A stretch of 64,000 nt of DNA from an uncultured bacterium (lineage in GTDB: Bacteria > Krumholzibacteriota > Krumholzibacteriia > Krumholzibacteriales > Krumholzibacteriaceae). Positions 8,873-20,422 of the stretch are shown here, piece after piece (position 1 is the first letter of the stretch; every line of letters begins with the position of its first letter). Where the stretch lies: contig CAWBAN010000001.1 in the NCBI GenBank assembly GCA_963786935.1, positions 1,280,001 to 1,344,000 of the forward strand. Direction: 5' to 3'. The notes beneath the pieces are model-generated. The model ran no database searches. It was not told where the DNA came from and was given only the letters and a program-made list of their open reading frames with translations. Position numbers and translations under genes: made by a program.

Positions 8873-10108
8873 ATGCAGAGGTACTGCTTCACCATAGCGC
8901 TGTGCTCGACCGTTCTCGCATTTGCTTTCGGCGCGGCGCGCGCCGAGGATCCGGCGTCGATTCAGCTCGTCGGAACATTCAACGGCATCACGTGCGAGCC
9001 GTCCGATGCCTCAAATAACATGGAGGCGCAGGGGAATCACGCCTGGCGCAAGCTCATGTTCATCGACGAGCCCGGCGATCCCGATACGATTCTTTTCAAG
9101 TTCACGCGGGACGGCTCGTATTTCCCGGAGCACTGGGGCTGGAGCGGCGCGTGGGGGGTCGCCCGGCTCGCCTGGAGTCCACCGGGCATCGCGACGGTCC
9201 TCCCGGACAGCGGCTATTACTATTTCCATTTCAACGACGCCGATTACGCGTATCGGCTCGATCGCCCCGGCGGGAGCATCTCGGGCGACGTCTCCACTGA
9301 CGGCCGATCGGATCTTCCTGCGGGCACGTCCGTTGCGCTCCTCGACGCCGCTGACAACCTGATCGGCACGTTCTCGGACTTCGTCGGCGCCGCCTACCGC
9401 TTCGACTCGCTCCCCCCCGCCGTGTTCACGATCGCCGCGCACGCGCCCGGCTACCGCGACACCACGATCACGGGCGTCGCGCTCGGCCCCGACGAGGCGC
9501 TCGTCGTGCCGGTCCACCTGAGCTCGCTGGTCGGCACGGCCATCGCGTCCGCCTCGTGCACCCGCGTCGCGGGGGGCGTCCGCATCGGCTGGTGCACCAT
9601 GGAATGCGGCGGCGAAACGGGGTTCGACGTCTACCGCGGCTTCACGCCGGAGCTCGCGGCCATGGAGAAACGGAACGACGCGCCCATCCGGTCGAGCCGG
9701 ACCTACGAGTTCGTCGATCCGTGCGAGGATGCGACGAAGGATCTCTACTACTACCTCGTCGAGGCCGGCGGGGACCGTCCGACGCGGTACGGCCCCCTTG
9801 CCGTGGAGGGGATTCCCGCCCCCGCGGCGGCCCTCGGCCGGAACTATCCGAATCCCTTCAATCCGTCGACGACGATTCCCTACACGATCGGCGCGGACGG
9901 CGCCGGGCGGCCGGCGACGATCTCGTTCTTCGACGTATCGGGCAGAATGGTGGACCGCCGGTCGCTCGGATCGAGGCCAGCCGGCGACTACGCCTTCCGA
10001 TGGAATCCGTCCGCCGCCCTGCGGCCGGACCTCCCCTCGGGCGTCTACTACTGCAGGCTGCAGATCGGCAAGGAAATCCACACGAGCACCGTGATCCTCC
10101 TCCGCTGA
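8873..10108 (+). CDS. Secreted protein with a carboxypeptidase-regulatory-like domain and FlgD/T9SS-like C-terminal domain
   Basis: Signal peptide ARA-E; AHAPGYRD; NYPNPFNPSTTIPY...SGVYYCRL. Confidence 0.82.
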   Translation: MQRYCFTIALCSTVLAFAFGAARAEDPASIQLVGTFNGITCEPSDASNNMEAQGNHAWRKLMFIDEPGDPDTILFKFTRDGSYFPEHWGWSGAWGVARLAWSPPGIATVLPDSGYYYFHFNDADYAYRLDRPGGSISGDVSTDGRSDLPAGTSVALLDAADNLIGTFSDFVGAAYRFDSLPPAVFTIAAHAPGYRDTTITGVALGPDEALVVPVHLSSLVGTAIASASCTRVAGGVRIGWCTMECGGETGFDVYRGFTPELAAMEKRNDAPIRSSRTYEFVDPCEDATKDLYYYLVEAGGDRPTRYGPLAVEGIPAPAAALGRNYPNPFNPSTTIPYTIGADGAGRPATISFFDVSGRMVDRRSLGSRPAGDYAFRWNPSAALRPDLPSGVYYCRLQIGKEIHTSTVILLR

Positions 10109-10162
10109 GCCGGGCCTCGTTTTTCATTCGCCGCATCGCCTCCGTTATGATATTTTAACCGC

Positions 10163-10798
10163 ATGAGAAGCACCCGTACGATCGCCGCGGCGCTGTCGAT
10201 CGCGTTCGTCCTCGCATCGGGCGGGGCGCTGCAGGCGCAGGATCTCAAGGGACGCGAGCTGCTCGGGGTCCGCTTCGGCGGCCTCGTGTCGACCGGCGCC
10301 CTGGACGCGGCATTCGGCGGCGGCAGCGAGATCGAGCTCCATTTCATCCACGGCATCACGAACGTGTGGGGCGTCGATGTCGCGCTTTCCTCGCACAACT
10401 TCGGCGCGGCGAAGAACCAGGACAAGAACCTCGCGTACTTCGACCGGACGGACGTCGATCTCCAGATGTTCGCCTTGGCGGCCGGCGTGATCTATTACAA
10501 AACGATGGGCCAGCGCTGGCGGCCGACCGTCGAGGCGGGACCCGGGCTCTACAGCGCGAACGCGATCCTTTCCTCGGGATTCAACGAGGCGCAGAAAACG
10601 GACAATCACTTCGGAATCTACGCCGGCCTCGGGCTGCTCTATCGGTTGGCCAAGACGGTCCAGCTCAACGCGAACGTCAAGTACCATCTGGTGTTCATCG
10701 GCGCGGACATGGAAAATACGCTGTATTTCTACACAGGGGAGAACACCGTGGGATTTTTCCAGATCACGGCCGGCATCATGGTCAATTCGGGCAGCTGA
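10163..10798 (+). CDS. Outer-membrane beta-barrel protein (8-stranded OmpW/OmpA-like)
   Basis: Signal peptide LQA-Q; alternating beta-strands such as FGIYAGLGLLY and LNANVKYHLV. Confidence 0.75.
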   Translation: MRSTRTIAAALSIAFVLASGGALQAQDLKGRELLGVRFGGLVSTGALDAAFGGGSEIELHFIHGITNVWGVDVALSSHNFGAAKNQDKNLAYFDRTDVDLQMFALAAGVIYYKTMGQRWRPTVEAGPGLYSANAILSSGFNEAQKTDNHFGIYAGLGLLYRLAKTVQLNANVKYHLVFIGADMENTLYFYTGENTVGFFQITAGIMVNSGS

Positions 10799-10839
10799 CG
10801 CCGGCGCTCGGCATTCAGCCATACGCGAGGGGAGAGAAC

Positions 10840-11376
10840 ATGAACGAAAGAGAAGAGCTCCTGAACATCCTCAAGAAACGCTCCATCCTCAAGGGGGATT
10901 TCACGCTCGCCTCGGGGAAGAAAAGCAGCTACTACATCAACGGCAAGATGACGACCCTGTTTTCCCGCGGGCTGCACCTCTCGGCGAAGCTCCTCCTCGA
11001 CCGCGTCGAGGGAGTCGAATACGACGCGTTCGCCGGCCCGACGATCGGCGCCGATCCCATCATCGGCGCGCTCCTCTCGCTCGCCGCGGAGCGGGGCCTC
11101 GACAAGGAGGGATTCCTCATCCGCAAGGAAGCGAAGGATCACGGGACGAAGAACCTCGTCGAGGGGAACCTGCAGAAGGGAATGCGCGTGATCCTGCTCG
11201 AGGACGTGGCGACGACCGGAGGCTCGCTCCTCAAGGCGGCCCGGGCGATCGAGGCCGGCGGGGGCGTGATCGCCGGGATCCACACGATCGTCGACCGCGA
11301 AGAGGGCGCCGAAACGAATCTCGCGGAAGCGGGATACCGCTTCTCGTCGCTCTTCAAGGTGAAAGAGCTGCTCTGA
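10840..11376 (+). CDS. pyrE: Orotate phosphoribosyltransferase
   Basis: GDFTLASGKKSSYY, RKEAKDHG, LEDVATTGGS. Confidence 0.95.
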   Translation: MNEREELLNILKKRSILKGDFTLASGKKSSYYINGKMTTLFSRGLHLSAKLLLDRVEGVEYDAFAGPTIGADPIIGALLSLAAERGLDKEGFLIRKEAKDHGTKNLVEGNLQKGMRVILLEDVATTGGSLLKAARAIEAGGGVIAGIHTIVDREEGAETNLAEAGYRFSSLFKVKELL

Positions 11377-11396
11377 TCGGCGCCGCTCGGCCCCGT

Positions 11397-12209
11397 TCAG
11401 CGCTGCGGAGGCGCTTGCGCTTCCGCCGCGCCGGCGCCTGTCACGCCGATCGTATCCTCGTTCGTCACCCGGAAGATCGAATCGGGCATGACCGCATCGA
11501 GATCGATGACGGACAGCAAATACTCGTAGTACGGGGCGCCCCGGAAGGTGGCCTTGAACTCCTGCGGAAACGGGATTCCCTTGAGATCGGTGTAGTGATC
11601 GTAATTCTCGGCGAATCCCGCCACCGAGTCGGCGCTGCTCCTCACCTCGACCCCGCTCAGGAGCCAGGTCTTTCGGTCGACGGCCAACGTGACGACGTTC
11701 GGCCCGTCGATATACCGCACCCGGACGACGCTGTCCCGCTTCGCCACGGGGAGCGTCTCCCCCGCGGGGGCGGTCTGCGCCCACTGGATGCAGTCGGGGA
11801 AGCGGTACTTGAGCAGACCGAGCTCCATCGCGGGGACCTCTTGAATTCCCCTTCCCTTGAGCCATTCGCGGCTCGTCGTGCCGTCGAAGCACAGCACGAT
11901 GACGTCGGTGAGCTTGCCGGCGGGAGCGCTCATGACCTTGTGCTTGTAGAGCTCGCCCTTCCGGTAGATGTCGAACGCGAAGTTTCTCACGACCGCATCG
12001 GAGCTCATGTCCTTGATGAATCCCTTGGCCGCGTAGCTCCGGAGACGGGCCGCGTTTTCCGCCCCGCCGTGCGCGCGGAGCATCTTCTTCGCGACCCCCT
12101 CGGGGCTCGAGGGCACGCCCGAACACGCGACGAACGCGAGAGCCAGAAGCGCGGCGACGATCAGCCCGAACGCCGTTGAGCGCGCGCTACCCGAATGTGT
12201 TCCTGCCAC
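11397..12209 (-). CDS. Hypothetical lipoprotein (LolA-like fold possible)
   Basis: Lipobox FVAC; beta-rich body with YDHYTDLKGIPFP..DSIF. Confidence 0.7.
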   Translation of the reverse strand: MAGTHSGSARSTAFGLIVAALLALAFVACSGVPSSPEGVAKKMLRAHGGAENAARLRSYAAKGFIKDMSSDAVVRNFAFDIYRKGELYKHKVMSAPAGKLTDVIVLCFDGTTSREWLKGRGIQEVPAMELGLLKYRFPDCIQWAQTAPAGETLPVAKRDSVVRVRYIDGPNVVTLAVDRKTWLLSGVEVRSSADSVAGFAENYDHYTDLKGIPFPQEFKATFRGAPYYEYLLSVIDLDAVMPDSIFRVTNEDTIGVTGAGAAEAQAPPQR

Positions 12210-12249
12210 GTTGGTTTCCTCCCGATTCCGTTTCGAACAGAAGTCCGCA

Positions 12250-13272
12250 TCAGAGCAAATGCTCGGCGTCGACGAGCTCGTTCCCGCCGCCCGAAGCGAC
12301 CGCGTACTGAAATCCTTCCTGGAGCGCGAGCGCGCCGATCTCCCCCTCCTTCGAGAGAGCGACGAACGCGACCTGGAACGCGGGCTTTCCCGAATGCCGC
12401 TTGATGATCCGCTCGAGCGCGCGCTTCACCGCGGCTTTCGGCGAGAGTCCCTCCCGCATCCCCTCGACGACGAGAAAGCTCCCGCACGTCTTGATGACCT
12501 CTTCTCCCTTGCCCGTCGCCGCGGCGGCGCCGACCTCGTTGTCGACGTACATGCCCGCGCCGATGATCGGAGAATCGCCGACGCGCCCGTGTATCTTGAA
12601 CGCGAGCCCCGACGTCGTGCAGGCGCCGGCGAGGTTCCCCGCGGCGTCGATGGCGACCATCCCGATCGTGTCGTGATCGAGGTCTTTCGGGAACCAGTCG
12701 TCCTTGTCGCTCATTCCCTGCTTCCACTTGATCCACGCCTCGCGGGCCGCCTCGGTGAGCAGCTCCTCGCGCGCGAAGCCCTGCTTCCGCGCGAACTCCT
12801 CGGCCCCCGCGCCGACGATGAACACGTGATCCGTGGCCTCCATGACCTGCCGGGCGATCGAGATCGGGTGCCGGTAGTTCTCGATGAAGGCGACCGCGCC
12901 GGCGCGGCCGTCGGGCCCCATGATGCAGGCGTCGAGCGTCACCCTGCACTCCTCGTCGGGCAGCCCGCCGTAGCCGACGCTGTTCACGGACGGATCCCCC
13001 TCGGGAACGCGCACGCCCGCCTCGACGGCGTCGAGGGCCGCGCCTCCCGCGGAGAGGATCTTCCACGCCGCGTCGTTCGCCGGCATGCCGTGCTTCCACG
13101 TGGAGATGACGAGGGGCTTCTTCCCCTCCCCGGGGCCGGCGAGCGGCGCCGCCGAAAGCCCCGAAAGCGGAGAGCCGGAAAAGAGCGAGCGCAGCGGCAC
13201 GAGGCTGCCGACGGCGCCGAGTCCCGCGGTGATCTTGAGGAACCTACGGCGTGAAACGGTGGACATCGCCAT
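12250..13272 (-). CDS. Tat-exported N(4)-(beta-N-acetylglucosaminyl)-L-asparaginase (Ntn hydrolase)
   Basis: SRRRFLK Tat motif; VISTW, SVGYGGLPD, HDTIG autoprocessing site, GRVGDSPIIGAG. Confidence 0.93.
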   Translation of the reverse strand: MAMSTVSRRRFLKITAGLGAVGSLVPLRSLFSGSPLSGLSAAPLAGPGEGKKPLVISTWKHGMPANDAAWKILSAGGAALDAVEAGVRVPEGDPSVNSVGYGGLPDEECRVTLDACIMGPDGRAGAVAFIENYRHPISIARQVMEATDHVFIVGAGAEEFARKQGFAREELLTEAAREAWIKWKQGMSDKDDWFPKDLDHDTIGMVAIDAAGNLAGACTTSGLAFKIHGRVGDSPIIGAGMYVDNEVGAAAATGKGEEVIKTCGSFLVVEGMREGLSPKAAVKRALERIIKRHSGKPAFQVAFVALSKEGEIGALALQEGFQYAVASGGGNELVDAEHLL

Positions 13273-13334
13273 ACCTCCCGGTCAGGCGTTTGACGTTCCG
13301 CGAACGGCCCGGATCGATCGGAACGAGCGCGCTC

Positions 13335-14069
13335 CTATCCGATCCGATCCTTCGTGAGCTCGCGCTTGAGCGCGGCGATGGCTTTCGTCGGGTTGAGGCT
13401 CTTCGGACACGCTTCGACGCAATTGAATATCGTATGGCACCGCCAGAGGCCGTGCTTGTCGTCGAGCGCCTCGAAATGCTCGCGCGCTCCCTCGTCGCGG
13501 CTGTCCGCGATGAAGCGGTACGCCTTGAGGAACGCGTGCGGCCCGAGGTACTTCTCGTCCGCCCAGAACGACGGACACGACGAGGTGCACGCCCCGCAGA
13601 GGATACACTCGTACAGGCCGTCGAGCTTCGCCCGGTCCGCCTGGCTCTGGAGACGCTCGTGATCGCTCGGCGGCGCCGTCTTCGTGATGAGGTACGGCTT
13701 CACGGCGAGGAGCTTCTCGACCAGCGGATCGATGTTCACGGCGAGATCCTTGATGACGGGATAGCCCTTGAGCGGCTCGACCGTCACGACGGAGCCCCCG
13801 AGCGCCATCACCTGCGTCTCGCACGCGAGGCGGTTCACCCCGTTGATCGTCATCGCGCAGGAGCCGCAGATGCCGCTCTTGCACGAGCGCCGGAAGGTGA
13901 GCGTCCCGTCGTGCTTCCACCTGATTTCGTTCAGGCAGTCGAGGACGGACGTCCCCGTCATGACCGCGAGCTTGTACTCCTGCCAGTAGTGCTCCTTCTC
14001 CCTGCCGCCCGTGCCGTAGCGCTTGACGCGGAAGGTGAAGTGCTTCGCTTCGTGTTCGTTGCCAGCCAT
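13335..14069 (-). CDS. sdhB: Succinate dehydrogenase iron-sulfur subunit
   Basis: RRSCKSGICGSC, ECILCGACTSSCP, RCHTIFNCVEACP. Confidence 0.96.
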   Translation of the reverse strand: MAGNEHEAKHFTFRVKRYGTGGREKEHYWQEYKLAVMTGTSVLDCLNEIRWKHDGTLTFRRSCKSGICGSCAMTINGVNRLACETQVMALGGSVVTVEPLKGYPVIKDLAVNIDPLVEKLLAVKPYLITKTAPPSDHERLQSQADRAKLDGLYECILCGACTSSCPSFWADEKYLGPHAFLKAYRFIADSRDEGAREHFEALDDKHGLWRCHTIFNCVEACPKSLNPTKAIAALKRELTKDRIG

Positions 14070-14088
14070 CGCGTGTGGCCTCCTTCGC

Positions 14089-15876
<1,788 letters not shown>

Positions 15877-15879
15877 ATC

Positions 15880-16242
15880 CTAAAAACCTCCCTGGAACGG
15901 AAGTATGGTGAGAATGCCGAGCACGAGCGCGACGAGGGCGACGAGCGATATCGCGCTGAAGAGGAATATGCGCGCCCAGCCGAGATGGATGTAGTCCTCG
16001 AGGACGATCCAGAGCCCGTAGAGCCCGTGGAAGAGCGCGACGACGAGGAACGAGATATCGATCGTTTTCCACAGCGGGGTGGCGAGCCGGTCCGCGACCC
16101 CCGCGAAGGTGAGATCCTCCCTGAGGAGATAGTGGAGCAGCCACACGTGCGCGAAGAGCACGACGGCGAGGTAGATGCCGCTCACCCGCTGGAAGAGCCA
16201 CAGGACGGCGCCGCCCGACGTGACGTTTTCACGTGATCTCAT
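15880..16242 (-). CDS. sdhD: Succinate dehydrogenase hydrophobic anchor subunit
   Basis: WLFQRVSG, HGLYGLWIVLEDY; three TM helices; overlaps the sdhC stop. Confidence 0.9.
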   Translation of the reverse strand: MRSRENVTSGGAVLWLFQRVSGIYLAVVLFAHVWLLHYLLREDLTFAGVADRLATPLWKTIDISFLVVALFHGLYGLWIVLEDYIHLGWARIFLFSAISLVALVALVLGILTILPFQGGF

Positions 16243-16643
16243 GACAGCCCACCCCCCCCGATTCTCGCGAGGGCCGAGAGGAGGCCGCCCGTCCTGGTGA
16301 GCATCGCGTAGGCCACGACACCCCACGAGACGAGCCACAGAACAACCGCGACACCGAAGACCTGCTTCTGCCGCTCGACCATGACCCCGATATCGACGAG
16401 AGTCACCCGGAGACCGTTCCACAGATGATAGAGAATGACGCCGACGAGCCCGATCTCGAGTGCCTTGGCGAACGGATTGTTGAAGAACTCCATGATTCCG
16501 TCGAAGCTCTCCCGCCCGCCGATCAGGTGATGGATCACCCAGATATGGACGAGCAGGTAGAGAATGAGCGCGAGACCGGAGAGACGGTGGAGAATCCACG
16601 CCGCCGTCCCGAGGTGTATCCGGTACCTCTGAAGTGCCCTCAT
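16239..16643 (-). CDS. sdhC: Succinate dehydrogenase cytochrome b subunit
   Basis: WILHRLSG, YHLWNGLRVTLVD; GGGAGG RBS. Confidence 0.92.
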   Translation of the reverse strand: MRALQRYRIHLGTAAWILHRLSGLALILYLLVHIWVIHHLIGGRESFDGIMEFFNNPFAKALEIGLVGVILYHLWNGLRVTLVDIGVMVERQKQVFGVAVVLWLVSWGVVAYAMLTRTGGLLSALARIGGGGLS

Positions 16644-16720
16644 GATCCCTCCCCGTTTGAAACCGCGGATCCCGCGGGATCCGCCTGCATACCGATGGTG
16701 AAAAAGCGACCGGTCCGGGG

Positions 16721-16749
16721 ACTATATCACCCGGCATCGGGAGCGTCAA
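16721..16749 (-). promoter_or_regulatory. Sigma70-type promoter of the sdhCDAB operon
   Basis: Minus strand TTGACG-17 nt-TATAGT with a TG extension. Confidence 0.65.
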
Positions 16750-16919
16750 CGGGAATGCTGAATGCGGCGAGCGGCGGGGACGAGCGCTCGCGCGCCGAGC
16801 GAAACCGCCACAAATATGTTGACGCAATTTCAATCGTATTGCTAGCTTGCGTCATTGGCAGCGGCAAAGCGTCTAGGATAGGATCTCTCCCGGTCCTTCA
16901 ACCGAGCAAGGAGGCTCGT

Positions 16920-17417
16920 ATGCATCGTTCGAAATTGCTCGCAGTGCTTCTCGTGCTGTCCGCGTTCATGTTCTCGTGCTCCGGCGAGGACGGCGCAACC
17001 GGCCCCGCCGGCGCGGACGGCAATGCAAATGTCATCGTGTTCCATTTCGGCTCGAGAACGTCTACCGGCACGATTTACTACCCCTTCAATATCACGCAGG
17101 AGATCATGGAACAGAGCCTTGTTCTCGGCTACTACAATCCGGCGGCGATCGGCGACACGACGACGTATTACCCCGTTCCCGGTCTCGGCCCCTGGGCCAA
17201 CTACCAGACGCGCTGCTACACGTATAGATCCAGCGACACTCAGTATACCTATCAGTTCTCTCTCATGACCCCGAACGGCACAGGCGACTACCTGACCTCG
17301 ACGGTGATATCGAGGTTCAAGCTCATCGTCTGTCCCGCGTCAGTCATTAATTCGCGGGGATCGCTCGACCTCGCCGATTACAACGCGGTGCGGGAATATC
17401 TGAACTTGTCCGAATGA
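16920..17417 (+). CDS. Lipoprotein with a short collagen-like (Gly-X-Y) stalk
   Basis: AAGGAGG RBS; lipobox MFSC; GEDGATGPAGADGNAN. Confidence 0.82.
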   Translation: MHRSKLLAVLLVLSAFMFSCSGEDGATGPAGADGNANVIVFHFGSRTSTGTIYYPFNITQEIMEQSLVLGYYNPAAIGDTTTYYPVPGLGPWANYQTRCYTYRSSDTQYTYQFSLMTPNGTGDYLTSTVISRFKLIVCPASVINSRGSLDLADYNAVREYLNLSE

Positions 17418-17436
17418 CCGCGCCGGCATTGGACGC

Positions 17437-17476
17437 AAAAAAAGGGAGAGCGGAGCGTGCCTCCGCTCTCCCTTTT
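17437..17476. terminator. Bidirectional intrinsic terminator between convergent genes
   Basis: AAAAGGGAGAGCGGAG-cgtgc-CTCCGCTCTCCCTTTT perfect 16-bp stem with A and T tracts. Confidence 0.85.
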
Positions 17477-17514
17477 CGTCGCGGCGATCGGCATGCATTA
17501 TCGACCGGAGCCTC

Positions 17515-17811
17515 TTACCTCACCGGCGCCTCCGCAAGCGGCCCGACAACGGTAGTCCACTCCCGGATGCTCCAGCTCTTCACGAGCCCGTTCTTCACGT
17601 ACGGATCGGCCGCGACGAAACGCTCCGCGGCCGCGGGCGAATCCCCCTTGAAGAGAATGATCGCCCGGTCGGCGGGACTGGCGAGCGCGCCGCCCGCGAC
17701 GATCTCCCCGCGCTCCGCCGCTGCGCGCGCGAGCGCGAGATGCTCCGGGCGGTAGGCGCCGCGGCGCTCGAGATAATCATCGCTGACTTCATAGAAAAGC
17801 AGATAGTGCAT
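17515..17811 (-). CDS. YciI-like protein
   Basis: RPEHL, GGAL, FVAADPYVKNGLV..W. Confidence 0.9.
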   Translation of the reverse strand: MHYLLFYEVSDDYLERRGAYRPEHLALARAAAERGEIVAGGALASPADRAIILFKGDSPAAAERFVAADPYVKNGLVKSWSIREWTTVVGPLAEAPVR

Positions 17812-17867
17812 GGCTCCTCCTCACGAGTCTTGGGCCGGGTCCCGCGCATTCGGCAGCCGGAGGCGCA

Positions 17868-18218
17868 TCACGCCTTCACCCATGTTCGAATCGCGACGAA
17901 CAGCAGGAAGACGGCGAACAGACGCTGAAGCTCGCGCGGGGGCAGCTTCAGGGCGAGAGAAGCGCCGATATACGCGCCGAGGACGAGGCCGAGCGCGATC
18001 CAGAGCGCGGCGTGAATATCGAGCGATTGGTTGCGGTAGTATTGCCACGCGCCGAGCACGCCCACCGGCAGGAGAAGCGCCCCGAGCGACGTCCCCGTTG
18101 CCATCTGCGGCTTCATGTGCGCCACGATCATCAGCGCCGGCACGATGATGATGCCGCCGCCGATACCGAACATCCCCGCGAGCACGCCCGCGGCCAATCC
18201 GATGATAATGAATTGCAT
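17868..18218 (-). CDS. TSUP/TauE-family transporter (half-size)
   Basis: GLAAGVLAGMFGIGGGIIIVPAL, ATGTSL. Confidence 0.88.
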   Translation of the reverse strand: MQFIIIGLAAGVLAGMFGIGGGIIIVPALMIVAHMKPQMATGTSLGALLLPVGVLGAWQYYRNQSLDIHAALWIALGLVLGAYIGASLALKLPPRELQRLFAVFLLFVAIRTWVKA

Positions 18219-18408
18219 AATCCCTCCCGGTGAGGCGCCGTCCCTTGAAATCCCCGCCATCCTACCCCCGTTGGCGAGGCCGCTCAAGCCTTAAAGCGCG
18301 CCGGTTCGCCGACAATCGATTGCGCTCCCCCGCTTCCCGTGCGAGAATTTCCCGTGAGGAATTCGGCGCCTCACCTGTCTTAAAGAGCGGAAATCGAAGG
18401 GAGACCCG

Positions 18409-18948
18409 ATGGCGAAGGGGCCGGACCGGACACTCGTCGAGGCGTGCATCCGCGGAGATCGCGAAGCGTACGCGGAGCTCGTGAAGCTCCACGCGGGACG
18501 GGTCTACGCGGTGTGTCTCGCGATCGCCGGGAGCGACTCGGACGCGGAGGATCTGGCGCAGGAGGCGCTCGTGAAGGGATTCACGAATATCGCTTCGCTC
18601 AGGGACCGGGACCGGTTCGGGGCATGGATCGCCACGATCGCGGGAAATCTGAGCCGGAATTTCGTCCGGCAGCGCACGAACCGGCTGAGGCTCCTCGCGG
18701 CGCAGGCGGACTGCCCGCACGGAGAGCCGGACGGTCATCCGGACCTCAGGCGGGCGCTCGGGGAGCTCCCCGAGCGATACCGGATCCCCCTCGTGCTCTA
18801 CTACTTCGACGCCAGGAACGCGGAGAGCATCGCCGCGACGCTCGGCATATCCGCCGAGGCGGTCCATATGAGACTGTGCCGGGCGCGGGGCGAGCTTCGA
18901 AAGCTGCTCGAGAAAATGGAGGCGCACGATGAAAAACGATTGCCTTGA
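18409..18948 (+). CDS. ECF RNA polymerase sigma factor
   Basis: DAEDLAQEAL, FGAWIATIA, LPERYRIPLVLYY..SIAATLG. Confidence 0.92.
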   Translation: MAKGPDRTLVEACIRGDREAYAELVKLHAGRVYAVCLAIAGSDSDAEDLAQEALVKGFTNIASLRDRDRFGAWIATIAGNLSRNFVRQRTNRLRLLAAQADCPHGEPDGHPDLRRALGELPERYRIPLVLYYFDARNAESIAATLGISAEAVHMRLCRARGELRKLLEKMEAHDEKRLP

Positions 18949-20383
18949 GATGAAACGGAGAATCGAGAGCGCGCTCGGGTGCGCTCCGGAGCCCGGCGAG
19001 CTGGACGAAATCGAGCGGCACTGCGCGGCGTGCGGCGATTGCCGCGCGTATCGGGAGCGGCTCATCGGAGATGATCGGGCGCTCGCCGAGCTCGCGGCGC
19101 GTCGCGCCGAATCGATTCGGCGCGTCAGGGAGCGCGCCATCGAGCGGGTGCGCGCGGCGGACCGGGCGCCCGGGAGGCGAAGCGGTTCTATCCTCGCGAG
19201 AGCTTCGAGATACGCGGCTATCGCCGCCGGGGCGGCCGCGGCAGTCGTCGTCGCGTTCGCCGCGATCGATCTCATCCGCGGCGCCGCCAACGGCCCCGTC
19301 CCCGCCTTCGCCGCGGTACAGGAGAAGATGCAGAAAGCGGACAACGTCGTCAATCGCGTGCGCCTCTGGAGGCTGGGCGAATGGACGACGTATACGGAGA
19401 GTACGGCCCGCCCGTGGCGCCATCGACGAGACTTCGTGGACAGCGTGCACGTTCACGGCGGCGGAGACATGAGCGGCTCGACGGATCTCAGGCTCTATCC
19501 GTCCGAAAAGCGCGCGGTGGTATCGAGGGTGGTATACAATGATACATGTTCGGCATGCTGGGAGAAACGCAAGGAACGGCCGGATGCGGTGGACGTTGTC
19601 ACCGGATGGTGCAAGCAGAAGGGCTTCGTCTTCGTTCGAAAGGAGCGCTACGAAGGTAAAGAGATGGCGATCTACGAGAAGGCGTCGAGCACGAGGAAGC
19701 ATCGAGTGACCGCGTGGGTGGATCTCGAGACGGAGCTTCTCGCGCGGCTCGAGGTCGTGAGCCCCCGGAGCGGCCCGAACGCCGATACCTATTGCTACGG
19801 CCTTCGCTTGAGGGATTTTCTGCCGAGCGGCGGGAAGGCGACCGGCTGGATCGAGCTGAAGCCGGACGAGCCGTGCATGATACTGGATAACTTCAAATGG
19901 AACGAGATAAGCGACACGTCGCTGTTCAGCACGGTTCCCCCAGCGGGATACCGTGTGGAAAACGAGTATCCGTTCGATTTCGACGAGCTCACAGGACAAC
20001 ACAGGGCGAGGGGGCTCGCGCAGGGACTCCGCCGCTGGCTCGATCTCTCCGGAAACGCCTTCCCCGACGACATTCACGATCTGGACGATTCCACGAAGGT
20101 CAAGTCGCTCCTTATCGCGAAGTTTCGCCGCGGCGGCGAGCCCACGGATGAGTTCCGTGCCGCCCTTCGCTATGCCGAAATCTGGGAGAGAACCGCGGTC
20201 TCCCCGAGGTCCCTGGAACAGTTCCGTCACACGCCCATTCACTACTCCGCCAAAGGCGCCGAGTTCGGCGATTCGAAAAGAGCCATCTGCTGGATCAAGG
20301 TGGAAGAGGAGCCGTATCACGTCATCTATGCCGACCTGCACGTGGCAGCTTCCCCGACACCGCCGAAGCTCGCCGTGGAATGA
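18929..20383 (+). CDS. Zinc-finger anti-sigma factor with a TM helix and a large extracytoplasmic domain
   Basis: Overlaps the sigma gene; HCAACGDC (Hx3Cx2C) motif, one TM helix, WVDLETELL..LFSTVPPAGY. Confidence 0.75.
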   Translation: MKNDCLEMKRRIESALGCAPEPGELDEIERHCAACGDCRAYRERLIGDDRALAELAARRAESIRRVRERAIERVRAADRAPGRRSGSILARASRYAAIAAGAAAAVVVAFAAIDLIRGAANGPVPAFAAVQEKMQKADNVVNRVRLWRLGEWTTYTESTARPWRHRRDFVDSVHVHGGGDMSGSTDLRLYPSEKRAVVSRVVYNDTCSACWEKRKERPDAVDVVTGWCKQKGFVFVRKERYEGKEMAIYEKASSTRKHRVTAWVDLETELLARLEVVSPRSGPNADTYCYGLRLRDFLPSGGKATGWIELKPDEPCMILDNFKWNEISDTSLFSTVPPAGYRVENEYPFDFDELTGQHRARGLAQGLRRWLDLSGNAFPDDIHDLDDSTKVKSLLIAKFRRGGEPTDEFRAALRYAEIWERTAVSPRSLEQFRHTPIHYSAKGAEFGDSKRAICWIKVEEEPYHVIYADLHVAASPTPPKLAVE

Positions 20384-20422
20384 AGGACGGGCAATCTATT
20401 ATCCGGTCGGCTTGAGGTGCCT

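Noticed and set aside
16850..16915. GGCAAA-containing leader as a c-di-GMP-I riboswitch
   Set aside because: No GNRA-capped P2 stem or second GCAAA and receptor helix could be built
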